A stretch of DNA of 64,000 nt from NCBI GenBank assembly GCA_047495785.1, contig JBLDXI010000028.1:62001-126000 (forward strand), written 5' to 3'. This document shows positions 1 to 13,000 of the stretch, in pieces. This DNA comes from Lepidodermella squamata (lineage: Eukaryota > Animalia > Gastrotricha). Within the stretch, counting starts at the first letter, position 1. Every line of letters begins with the position of its first letter. Made by a program: the position numbers and the translations under genes. Below the pieces are notes generated by a model. It saw only the letters and a list, made by a program, of their open reading frames with translations, was not told the DNA's origin and did not search any database.

Positions 1-279
1 CGAAAACGTGAAAGAGACGTCTCGCCCCCTTTTCACCGGCGCCCTTTTCTTAGTGTTCGGCCATCGAGGCGCGTCTGTCCCCATTGATGCGCTTGCTTTC
101 ATTTCGCGATCACCACCTAGTTTCTGTATTTATTCGACGCCTAGATCACTTGACCAGTAGCTCCTAGTGTTACACCAAGGCACACCTGCTTGCTGCTGAA
201 CGAGATCGTCTTCGAATCGTCTCTTCGCGGCGATGATGTCTGTCGATAGTCGACGCAGTGCATCGCAGCGTGTCTATAC

Positions 280-2620
280 AAGACACATAGTAGTAGTCGC
301 GGTAGGAAGTAGTAGTAGCCGAAGCGGTAACATACATCAACAAACAACACAGCAATGCTCTATTAGTGTATAATATTTTCGTATAGTACCTGAGATGCGC
401 GCGCAATATATGAAAGGCAAACATTGTGTGTTCGGAATGGCATCGGCTGCTACTACTACAACTGCTACTACTACTACCTACTCCCAATCCAAAGATCCAC
501 CCACCCCTACCTGTGCTTGTGCTCGTGTGTGTGTGTGTCTACGCAATCGCGAGTCGGCAAACTTTCCGACATCAACATCAGCCGGGGAACTGCTGGGACG
601 ATGACGGACGCGCTGTTGTGGTGGGCTAGGTAGGCAATGCCTGGCTGGCTGGCTGCTGGTGGTAGTTGCCTACCTTGTGTAATGTATAGCAAACACACAT
701 ACCGACTGCCGCTCCTGCCTCTCTCTCTCTGTGCTCTTCCTTATTTTGGTAATACAATAATATAATAAATAGTAGTAGCAGACAAGCTAAGCGATGGCAT
801 GTATAATATTACCGGCGCGTGTTTGATTACTTATTACTACTACGACTACTACTACTGGTTGGCTGGCTGGTACGAAGACGGCAGAATGAATCCGCAGCGC
901 CTTCGGTTCGTTGCCATCATCCATCCATCAATCCCGAACTGACTGACTGACTTACGCCGCCGCTGCCGCACACGTAGCAGCTTCTCCTTCTTCTTCTTCG
1001 ACGACGACGAAGACCAAGACATAGACTATAGGTATATACCGGGCGTGTTTATGCGTGCCGTATGCTCTTAAGCCATCATCAGCCAGCCAGCCAGCCAGCA
1101 ACCGCCCAAGTCATTGCCTTTTTACCTATATATTTAGTACCATGGGCACTTACTACTACTACTATTACTGGTGCTTCTTTATTGCTGCTGCTGCTGCTAC
1201 GGGTGTAACATGACGCGGCAACGGCTATTCTTCGTTGTTTTGTTGTTGTATTGTGCGCGTGTTGTTGTTGCTTAGGGCGCGGCGCATCAGCATCAGCATC
1301 ATTTATTCTATGTAGAGATCGTACATGCGAGAACGCGCGCGCTCGCCTCGCTGCATCAGTCAGTCAGTCACGGCCTGACGGCTACGAGTGAACGAGCGAG
1401 CGAGCGAGCGATTTCGAACCGCAACCACCACCACCAGCATCGCCGAATCGCCAATCGCACACACACACATGTGTATTGCTGCGATCGCGGTTTATTACCA
1501 ACGTAACACCAGAACCCGGCCGCATTACACACCGTTATGCCACCACAACCACCGAAGATGCGTCTGAGCCTCTGCTCGGAGCAGATCATCATCATCATCA
1601 TCATCCCCATCACCCATCACCATCGCCATCATCATCATCGGCGTGGTGGTTGGTGATAGTAGAACCATGTGTGTGTGTGTGTGTGTGTGTGGTTGAACAC
1701 ACCAGCAGCCATTGCCTGCTTGGTTCGGAATTCGTTCCGAATAGTATTACGAATTGCTATAATATTACGATCAGCCTGGCGCATCACATCCTATGCCTGC
1801 CTGTGATGAGAAGCGGAGCCTGGGCGCGAAAAGACGCACGCCATCATGCCCGAGATCGTTATTACTTATTTACGAGCAACAGCCGGGGCGGGGCGAGCGG
1901 GCGATTACACCCGCTTGATTATTACCGCTTGCTCTCTCTCTCTCTCTCTCTCGTTCGCTCACTGATGGATGCTCCGGTGAGGTACCCACCACCGTAAATC
2001 ACCGTGTTTTCACGCACTGTTACCATTGTTTTGCTGTTTGTTACCTAAATACCTAAATTCGATTTGTATTACCATCCCTACATACTTATTTTGTATTAGG
2101 CATTTAACAGACAGTGTGTGCGAGCTTAACTTAGCCGTCCTTTCACAGTTGTTACCTTTTTGTTCGAACCTGCCGCTGCAACTGCAACTACGACGACGCC
2201 GCATCATCGACGACACACGAGTTCCCGCGTTTCTACTCCGCAGTTTTCCACGTAGCCATTTTCGTTTGTCGTGACTGCGTTTTTTCTCCCCGCACTTAGT
2301 TCAACACATCATCAACTTCAACTTCAACTTCTTCCACGAGTTTCGCGTGTGTGATTGCCGAACGAAATCATTCGATAAATCGATCGATCGAAGGAAAAAC
2401 TGGTGTTGTCAACTAAGACTACTACGACGACGACGACTACTTCGCGTGTTCTCTAATCTATTTCTGCTCTGCTGTGTGTGCTGCGTGCCGTGCTGTTCAT
2501 CAACTCATCAATATCATCATCATCAACTCGTGTCTCTGCTGCTTCTTCATCATCATTTGACCGGTTGCTGTTCCGCTTCATCAAACACACACTCAACTAT
2601 ACACACACTCACGTGTTTTT
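280..2620. repeat. dense short-microsatellite region upstream of RBM24
   Basis: Many (TAC)n, (GT)n, (CT)n, (CAT)n, (CAGC)n and (GCGA)n runs. Confidence 0.8.
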
Positions 2621-2675
2621 CTCTTGATTTATTTCGAAAATTCAACTAATACTCAGCAATAACTATCCTGCAACT

Positions 2676-4731
2676 ATGGCTGCAACTACTCAAAGCGTGA
2701 CCAGCGTTAACGGCGGACAAGTGACGCCGTCGGTGACTAGCGGCGGCGGTGGCGGCGTCGCCAACCGCCCGCCCTACAAGGACACGACCCTCACGAAGCT
2801 GTTCGTCGGCGGCCTGCCGTACCACACAACGGACGACACGCTGCGCAAGCACTTCGAGCAGTACGGCGACATCGAAGAAGCCGTCGTGATCACGGACCGG
2901 CAGACGGCCAAGTCCAAGGGCTACGGCTTCGTCACCATGTCCGACCCGGCGGCGGCGGCGCGCGCGTGCCAGGACCCGAACCCGATCATCGACGGGCGCA
3001 AGGCCAACGTCAACCTGGCGTTCCTCGGCGCCAAGCCGCGCACCATCCAAAGCTCAGGACTAGGTTAGTCATTCTTACTGAAAAATATACCTATCCGTTT
3101 ATCATACAACAACGCAACAATTTGTTTTATACATAACTGAATTTTTTTGCCTACAGCTGCTGCTTTACCGTTTGCGTTCCGAACCGCCGGCATTCCGACG
3201 CTGTTGCCAACCGGCCAAATTGGGTGAGTTCCACAAGGCTTTAATTATTTTATCAATTATTTTTTCAATTATTCTAATTGTTACTACAACCTATTAATTA
3301 ATAATATATCGTTGATATTATTTCAACAAATCGCAACTGCAGTTGATGATGATGATCAATCGCAGCCAGCCCGCGGCATCCACTTCCGTTCATCCAAGTA
3401 GGGTTCAAAGACATTATTATCTGATTCTATAAGCGTGGTTGTACTATATTATACCTCGAGAGTTGTTGAGACTGTTGAAGCTGCCGTGGCGTGTTTTTTG
3501 CGAGTGACCTTTTTCTTCACTTTTTCTCGACATTTCGGTTTTAATTCACTACGCAACTTTTGCGCGCGTGCAACAAAAAAAAACAAAAAAACGCATATAC
3601 ATATAGCTTCCCACTCTACGTGTCTTTTCTATTACTATCAAAAAATATTAATAATAATTGAAAAAATAGGCTATGATGTGTCATTGAGTGATTTTTATTG
3701 AGTGCGAGTTTTTATTACATAATATACTATTGAGGTGGTGTCTGTCGTGTCACACGCATCAGATGAGCGCGCGCGCGCGCGCGCGGCTGGCTGTTTTTTT
3801 TATATTATCACCACCACCACCGCCACCACGGCCAATACCTCCTACCTATCTACCACCCGCTCTTAGCTGATATCACTATCTCTGTCGCTCATGCTACTAC
3901 TGCCCATATCATCCTCATCCTGATTGGTTTTTTTGTTGTTATTTGTTGATGATTTTTCCTCACATTTTGCTACATGAGTACATGATCATAGTACGCGAGT
4001 ACATGAAATGGTTATGGTACATGGATATTAATCGATTTGTTGTTCTTATTTTTCTCTGTGCAGAATCCAGCCGTACGTGTACGCGACGAACCCGGGGCAG
4101 TCGTCGACGTCGACGCTGTTGTCGGCGGCGACGTCGCCGCAACTGCAACAACTGCTGCTGCAGCCGGCGCACCACAGCGCCAACTCGATGTCGAACGCCG
4201 CCGCGCTGCAGAACGCCGCGCAACAGGCGGCCGCCAACGCCGGCACCACCGCCCACCTCATCGACTACGCCACTTACAGCCAACTGGTTGGTCTCTTCAA
4301 TGTCTCTTTTACTTCACATTTTTATTATTAGCATTTTACATAATATTTTGAGCCTCCACAATTGATCGAAGTTTATCAACAAATCTTATTTTAATCAATT
4401 TTAGATTAATTTTAGCCAGCCATTTTCCACTGAATATTCCCTATATTTAGATTAATTAACCATCTTCAATGTAATAATGAAATGCTAATAAGTATTTTGC
4501 GTTTTCTTGTTACAGCTGAACGCTGCGGCCGCGGCTGCTGCTGCTGACCAAGTGTCGCCGTCGGCGGTGTCGGCGGCGCTGTCGTCGCCGTACGTCACCT
4601 CGCCGACAGCGTACACCCTGGCGGCGAACCCGTACGCGGCGCTCAACACGTCGGCGCTCGGCAACTCGGCGCTGACCACGGCCGCGCTCCAGGCCGCCTA
4701 CCAGGCCGCCGCCGCCCAGGACCGTGTCTGA
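2676..4731 (+). CDS. RBM24: RBM24/RBM38 (SUP-12/SEB4 family) single-RRM RNA-binding protein, 4 exons, ~297 aa
   Basis: [15 protein letters not shown] (RNP2), [10 protein letters not shown] (RNP1) and [23 protein letters not shown] are family-diagnostic. Exons 2676-3063, 3157-3223, 4064-4286 and 4516-4731 have GT/AG ends and consistent phases. Ala/Gln/Tyr-rich tail. Confidence 0.95.
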
Positions 4732-7700
4732 GCGAGCGATCGAGCGACTACGACTACGCCTACGACCTACGACGTGTCCACCCACCGTTTCACTACCCAC
4801 TTTCCACTGTCCAAGTCCACCACATTTTATGCAAGTCAAGTCAAGTCAAGTCATCACCCATCGTCACATCCATCCCATTTCTATACACAACCCGCCTCGG
4901 CATACCTACATGACAATTTCGATGATGACAATTCAGTGTTATTCAGTGATATCACACGCGTTACATTGTATATCATTTTACTATAAGCAGGATGGATCAC
5001 TTTTTTTTATACTGATCTTCAATGATTGAATGAACAACCGACCACTTCTTCTTCTTCTTCTGATACAACGGCGGCGATGCAACACAATTCTGATACATAC
5101 ATTATGGTAATATGAAACAAAACGGTGGATCGCTATAACTGAGCCAATATGATATCTATATTATATTATAATGCAATTGTCGATGCAATAATTGTTAGTA
5201 GAGTCCGTATAATATGCGCACCACGTGATCGCGCGCGCACCGATTTTCGCGAAAATCGATAAATAATACACAGCAGTGTTACATGTCTTCGCCGCCGCCG
5301 CCGCCGCCGCCGTTGTCGTCGCGCCTGTTACAAGTATTTACTTACCTGCTGCATACCTGGCTAGAATCAGGCAGCAGGCAGTCGCACGGTTATTACATGC
5401 TATATTTTATCAACAACAACAACAACTACTTCGAGGCGTTGCGTCACACCATCGCTCGCATGCCAATCGCTATATATTTATCTATACTACTATATTATTA
5501 TTTATCTCTCGCTCGCTGCTGCGTTTTCAGCGCCGCAAAATACTCATCGAGGTCGCCACGCACACCTCTGTACACATCATCATTTTTTATATTCGAACAA
5601 ATTATTTATAATAACAGTATCATCATTCGCATTATTATTATTATTATTATTATCATTATTGTTATTATTTGTGTAAATTATGATCGCACAAAAAATGATT
5701 CCGAGACGCCGATAAAATCAAATTTCGTCTTCTCTTCAAATGCGATTGACCTGTTGTTTTTGAAGAACCGTTCATTCACTTCTTCTTCTTCTTCAACTTC
5801 TTCATCTTCTTCATCTTCTTGTTTTTATACGCCGATTTTTGAACAGAAAACAAAACAATTCATGACCGACACTCGATTTTTTGTTCGAGGTCATCTCGCA
5901 GCAGCATCGTCATCGCGCGCATGAACATGACTTGTATGTAATATTATACACAGTTATCATGATACTTACTATGCAAATTTCTAGTGCTATACCCTGTCTA
6001 TGCACAAGACTATGGACGACTGGCTATACTGTTCGATGACGACGAGTGAATGACGACGCGCCCAGGGAAAAATGTTGGACGGGCTGGTTTGCAGATGATT
6101 ATTTGTATGGTACCACCTGAATGAATGAGCAGTGAATGAATGAAAGAAAGAAAGAATGAGAGCCAATCAATGACAATGCCCGCTGTACAGACTATTATAG
6201 CTAGTTGATTATTATAATATGATCAATTGTTATTGCTATAGTATATTATGCAAAATTCAAATTTTAAAAATTTTAATGCGATATCTGATGATTCTTACAA
6301 AAATATTAAATAATTATTATACAAAATATAAATATATATATATTCAAAGACTCACACGCTGCAAAACGTTATGCAAATAAAACAAAATGATACGTTACTA
6401 AATTTTTACGGTTTTTTTGTCGTTGCAACCTGAGGGAAAAGAAAACGCACTTGGGACACATTATCATCATTTGCGTTTTATTTTTGTTTCTTGCTTTTTT
6501 CAGTCGCTCTCAATTTTTCAGAGTCAATATAAGAATGATAATATAACAGTAGTAAATTATGCGTATTCTCCCGTCAATCAATCTTTATCCTCTTTCGTCT
6601 TTATTCTTTCTTCTTGCGTGTTTCCACCAGCTGCTGCAAGTTTTAGCGAGTTATGTACCTAAATTAATATCCAATAATTTTTGTTACATCAAATTGTATA
6701 TAAAAATATATTTTGTTTTTACTCGACCGCGAACGCTGATTTTTCAAAACGTCCCGCCGCCGCCGCCGCTGCGTTAGGTGTTGCGCCTGCCTACCCTGCT
6801 GGAATCCTGCCGCCAGCCAGCTTATGCCAATGACGCACCCCTGTCTCCTTACTTGATTTATATTTGTTTGATTTTGTAACTCATGTTATGTTTCAGAGCA
6901 GCTAAAGCAGTTGAGCAGTTGAGCCATTAGCCAACTCGCAACCGGCCGGCAGGCTCGCTTCGCTCGCCGCCGGCCGCTTGCTCTCTATCTACTAATATAA
7001 GCTCATACTAATATAAGCCACCTACTGTACACAAACAACTAAGTAAGCTGAACCATGTATTGAAGAGTTGCAGCAGATACATGGTGGTCTTCACTTCCAT
7101 CGTTAAAAGACTACTAAAGCACTTATGACTTATGAGCTGAATGATTGGCCTGCTAGTATCTCTTAACGTTGTGAGGTGTGAGTTAGCTTTGCTGCTTGCT
7201 TTTAATACAGATCAGTTGAAAATACTGTTTCCTGTATGCATTACTTGCTTATATATTGAAATATCATGCAACAGCAATCTATATATTTCATTATAAGAGC
7301 AGTATTATTGAAGCTGTCGTTGCAGTGATAACTCATGCCTAGCCTCGCATTTTCATGTTGCTCTGAAAAGATGCTTGAAACTTCTGTAAACTTATTATTA
7401 ATGTTTAGCAACATTTGTAATAAAGCATGCAGTGCCCAATATATATACCGGTTATACTGATGCTGAAACGGACCGAATTGACAAGATAATCTGCTACTAA
7501 TTTTTACTTCAAGCAAACTTTCTTTTCTGAGCTGTCAACTTTGGGATTTGTGCTCTTAAAGAAATAAGATAAATAAGAACAAAGTTAACAGCTTCCTGAA
7601 TGTAATTTTCAAGTTATAGTTACAACGGCTTCTAAAGTGACCCCATTGACATTTCTTGTTTTTAGTGCGTTTAATGATTGAATTGCCATTGATGATTTGC

Positions 7701-10026
7701 AAGGACGAAGAAGAAGAAGAAATAGAGGAAAACAACACTGTCATAAATTTCACGCGTGACGGTGGCGCAAGAAAGTGATCACGCGTGACGGATTTACAAA
7801 GTGAGCAAGGATGTGAGAATTGAGGCTTGTTGATGAATTTTCAATGTCTTTTTAGGTAGAAAGATGGAAATGTGAACACTTCTGTTCAATTCGACAGAGT
7901 TGGGAAAATTGCCAGTGGATAAAGTCACTACGTGGTTTGATTGAGTCGTACTTCTATAATCAGCGAGCTATTCAGCCGTTTAGATGAAAAATCGACTGGT
8001 CTTCAGCATAGAAGAGACAGATATGTAAGCTTTCTGTCAATTGATAAAGGGAACTGAAAGATTAATATTGTTAACTGTTTACAGAATGTGCACCGATAAA
8101 TGCTACACAACGGCTTAAAATGGCGAAAGGCGCAGTTTCAGTCACACAAACAGACTATTTGATGGTTAACTTTGGGCCGCCTACACGCAAGATCTTCGCG
8201 CCATCTAACAATCTGCACGGAATTATGCACGTCTCAAGCTAAGGAGAAGAGAAGCGAGCAAATGTACACAGTTCGAAGTTCGACAAGCAAATTGCAGCAA
8301 CGCCAGCAAAACACAAGGAAGTAAATTCCTGAACTATTTGGAACATTGATTCTTTGTGAAGCGAGATGATTGTGATAATGACGAGTGTGGTAGTGCTTAT
8401 TGAGCTTATTATTGATTGGAGTTCGTTGGTCGTAAATGAAGACAATAAATGAGAATATTTGAAATCCTCCGCGTTTTGGCGCCGAATCAAAAATAGAATG
8501 GGACAGAAGGTAAGCAGCTGATAGAGGATCATCACATGATTTGGGTCTAAGTGAAGCTATATTTAGAAATGCTGGGCCGGTAGGAATAATTCCGTCACGC
8601 GTGATACGCTGTCGAAAAGGGATTACGCGTGACCGATTAAAAAGCCGGCGTTGGATGTATCTCTCCGTTTTCGATGTGATGTTTTATTTTCGTCTAAATT
8701 ACTAGGACTAAACAAAATTCTCAAATTATATGTGCGGTGCTGATTCGGGCAAATTATATGCCGCCGATTATTGTTATGATTACGTCAATTTTGAGTCGGC
8801 CTCTTTGTCTCTGTCTCTATCTCTTTCAGTTTTCGTGTATCGCATCGCTTGGTCGTATAATATGCTCTTGGCCTCTTTCGTATCATTGAATTTTCAACAA
8901 ATATTCCCTCACAATTTCGATACGTGAATTGAAATTATTTATTTAAAATTGATTACAGCCGCCGTGCCATCTTTCAGTGCCATCTCCAACCGTCATACAA
9001 ATAATATGGGCTTCCTCTCAGTTCTCGTGTCCTGTCATTTGTTGTGTTAATTAGTATCAAATTAACTCGCTGTTACTATTTTTCACATGCTTCTTCCCTT
9101 ATTTCGGATTTGTTAGACACGCTGCTGCATTTTTTTCGCTTGGCCTGGTTGCGCTATCCATGCTTTAATGTCCGAAAAATGTTGTATCACTAAACGTGCT
9201 ATTCTATCGAACCATCAAAAATAATATTATTCAATCGCTTTTTTCTTATTTCTTTCAGCTCATTATGCGTATTCGCGCAGTTTTGAAACACAGAGAATAT
9301 ATTATAAGTTATAGTATCTGTATAAGAATTTTTGTCGAAATGTATATAATAACTGTTCCGGAATTTGAAGTTTGTTTTTGTTCAAACAATAACGACGACG
9401 ACAACGACAACGATAACGACACGGACTTTGAAATAATAATATTTATATTCTATAATATGTATAGAGGATTGCAGTCGCGCGCGGCAAAAAATACTCTCAA
9501 TTATATATGAATAATCAAAAGTGCGCGGGCGGCTATTTTAACATGACCCCGATCGGTATAGGCTACAAGTAATACTGGTCAAGGTCACACAAACAGAGTT
9601 ATTACGACGCCGTTTTTTTGTGTGTTCTCATAAAAGCAGGTGAGAAGGTGTGTGAAAAACAGTCAAGTCAGTCGAAAGGTCAGTCGAATCAAGGTCGGTA
9701 TCATTAAACAAAGCGCAAATCGGGATTTCAATCAAGACTAGCAAATAATCATTTTTGTTTTGTATATATCACGTACGAAACAGTATAGTGACTTTCAATA
9801 AGTAAGTAATCCAAGTAATAATAGTATAATATAATAGTAATATTTATAGGAAGTGTTCGAAAGCGATGAAGAGTGGTGGATTTATTCTCGGTATGCGGTG
9901 TCATTATTATTATTTTATTCGATTGGTTCCTTGAACACAATGATCTCTGATGATAGATAATATGTGTGCGCGCGGATTGAGAAAGCTTTTATTAGGTATA
10001 GTACAGGTATCAATTCAATTCATCTT

Positions 10027-13000
10027 TCAGTAATAGGCGATGGCGCCGGTTCGCTGCGACGAACTCAGGTGATTGAGCCGTTCCGGCACCGACGAACACC
10101 GCCGCCGTTGTTGCTGCTCGGCGAACGCCTGACTAGACGGTGTCTATAACATAGGAATACACATTGATGAGAAAAACCATCCAAAATAATTAATCATGTG
10201 ATGCTTACGATTTCTTGAATATGCCGGTAAATATCTTTGAAAAAGGGCCGCGACAACGGGTCGTGACACCAGCAGTCCTCGATTAATTGCTGTAGCAAAT
10301 AAAATAAAAAAATTAGGACAATCGATTATTTCTTATTATGGTTATAAATAGCTCAGGCGTAGAAAATGAGCTCATTTCAAGCGCGCAGTCTCGCAGGAAG
10401 CTAAGCGCTTCCGCATAGGTATACTGAATCATGATTTTTCGAGAGGCGACAATAATTTTTAGGTCAAAATGAATGAATGCACATACCCTGATGCTGGCGA
10501 GCACCGAGCTGTTAAGCAGTTGTTGCTGTTGTTGCTGTGGATTGCCGTTGTTGATTGTTGCGTCTGATGCGTTGTTGTTGTAAGAGGGCGAAGGGGCGGA
10601 GTCGAAAGCAGGCCGGCAGCCGGACGCGATCTGGTAGATGGCGACGTCGAGCGGCGTGCCGGCGAACGGGAACTCGGAGTAGACGACCTCGTAGAGCAGC
10701 GTGCCGAAGGCGAACACGTCGGTGTCGGTGGTGGGCGCGGCTTTGAAGGCGATGCGCGGCGGCATGTTCACGTGCACCTGCGCCACGATCGACAGCGACT
10801 TGAGCAGCTCCGGCGCCAGGTACGTTACCACGCCGCGTGAAAGACAGGCGTACCTATTGTATTTATATACACAATATTAGTATCTACATACACAAGTATC
10901 TACATTTCGAATTGAATGTGTCTCTATACGAACCCGTGCTTGACGTAGTCGCGCCGCGGCTTCGAGCAGTCGGCCATGGAAATTTTGAGTTTGCCGTCGA
11001 TGAAGACGTTGCGCGAGTTGAGGTGGCCGAGCACGATGTTGCGCGAGTGCAGGTAGCCCATGCCCTGCGCCAGCTGCCGCCCGATCGCCAGCACGTTGGG
11101 CGCGAGGCTGACGCCACTGACGTGGATCTGGTCGAACAGCGACACGCTGCACTGCACCGAGATGACGATGGCGAGGGCGGCGCGCTCGACGGCGGCGCCC
11201 ATGAAGAGCGCGACGTTGTCGTGGCGCAGCGTCACCATCTTGTGCACCTCGGACCAGAACGCGCCGACGTCGCGGTCCGTGAACCCGCTGAACAGGTGGA
11301 TCATCACCGAGCCGTACCACCGCCCCGCGAATATCTTGTGCCCGTCCGAGTCGCGCACGCAGTCGCCGAACTCGAGGTCCGCGAACGGAATCGCGCAGTC
11401 AGAACACACCTGCAGTAACAGTCATAATAATAAATAACATCAAACAATAAATGCTCAATTTCTTATTGATATGAGCAGTATCAACGTTTTTCTACATTTT
11501 TTCTGTTGTTGCGTCTAGCCTTAAATTCGGGTTTACACTATACATCCTAGTTTTATCCATTTTTCTCCTCGTCTGCACTCAATTCTGGCCAAACTCCATT
11601 TTCATGGCAGCTGATTAGCGTTATTTTCACATACAGCTACATTAATTTCAAAAGCAGAGGAGACATATAGCAGCTGAAGTGTCAATCTGCTTTTTATAAT
11701 AACACTAGGTATCTTTCGTCGCAACTTGAATGATGACAGGTTTTAAACATTAGTTGATACATATATTTTGCATTTTTCAAGAGCACCTAACATGACAGTA
11801 AAGACAAGCCGATAAAAGCGGGGTTTCATCCTTTTGACAAGATAGTTCGAGCTATAGTTGTCTTGAAATTATCTAAAATAAATTGTCCGTTTCAATCGAA
11901 AAACGTGAAAAAATGAATTTACGCTTGCTTCAATTTATAAAAACCTATTAGGTATGAGGAATAATTTGTGATAAACGAACCGAGTCTCGCGCCGAGTCCT
12001 GCGTCTGGGTGACGTAGTGGCGCCAGCCGGCGCGGCGCTCCGCCATGGTCGCCATGCCGCGCACCGTGCCGCCCAGCTCGCCGGCCGCGTCGTCTTCGTT
12101 GTAGAACGCGTCGTTCGCCGCCCCGCCGCCCGCTCCTCCCGCCTGACTCAACGCGCCGTTCGCGTTCAGCCCAGACAGCGCGTCGTTATCACCGGCACCG
12201 GCGCCGTTGTTCAGGCTCAGCTTGGACGCGAGCCGGTCGATGAGCGGCCACGACGCGCTCAGCTGCAGGCCCGGCTGTTCGTAGTCGTTCGTCGACACGG
12301 TCGACGTCTCCGGGTTGCCGCGCATCCCGCCGCCGCCCAAGCGAGCGCCCCTGCCACCGCGCACGGCCGCCGAGCCGCCGCGCCGCCCCCGCCCCGCCGG
12401 ACAGCTGATCGTCGACGTGACGGTGAATGCGGTTTTGGCATGCACCTGCAGGTAGGCGGCGTGGCGGGTGGCGCGACTCGGGTCCACGGCGACGCCGAGC
12501 TGGTTCTTGAGCTGCTCGCGGCGCTCCTTCTCGGCCATCTCGCGGCGCTGCCGGCCGACACGCCGCTTCAGCTCCAGCAGCGAGTTGGTCGACTCGGACG
12601 AGGCGAGCGACGAGTCGGAGGCGCGCCGCTCGCCCACCGTGATCTTGACGGGCGGGTGGTGGTGGTGGTGGGTGAGGGGCGGGATGACGACGTCGAGGTC
12701 GGTGAGGCTCGGTTGCGAGTCGCACAGGCTCGTCGACGACGACGACGTGGAGAGCGAGGCGCCGGACAGCGACGACGACGACGCCGACGCCGACGAGGCG
12801 GACAGGCGGAGAGAGGCGAGCGAGCCGCCGCGTTTGTCGCGCGACGACCGCGGCGCGAAGATCTTGCGCGCGAACCACCGCTTGATGCGCTCGAGCATGA
12901 CGCGGAACGACGACACCGCCAGCGCGTCGCCACTCCCAGTCCCGGCCCCAGCCGCGGCCGCTTTCGCCGCGTGGCTCGAGCGAGCCGACATCGGGTAGCC

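Noticed and set aside
141-2649. Many short ORFs upstream of RBM24
   Set aside because: Translations of microsatellites, mostly with non-ATG starts.
5276-5924. 213-aa and 111-aa ORFs
   Set aside because: Simple-repeat translations within the probable RBM24 3' UTR.
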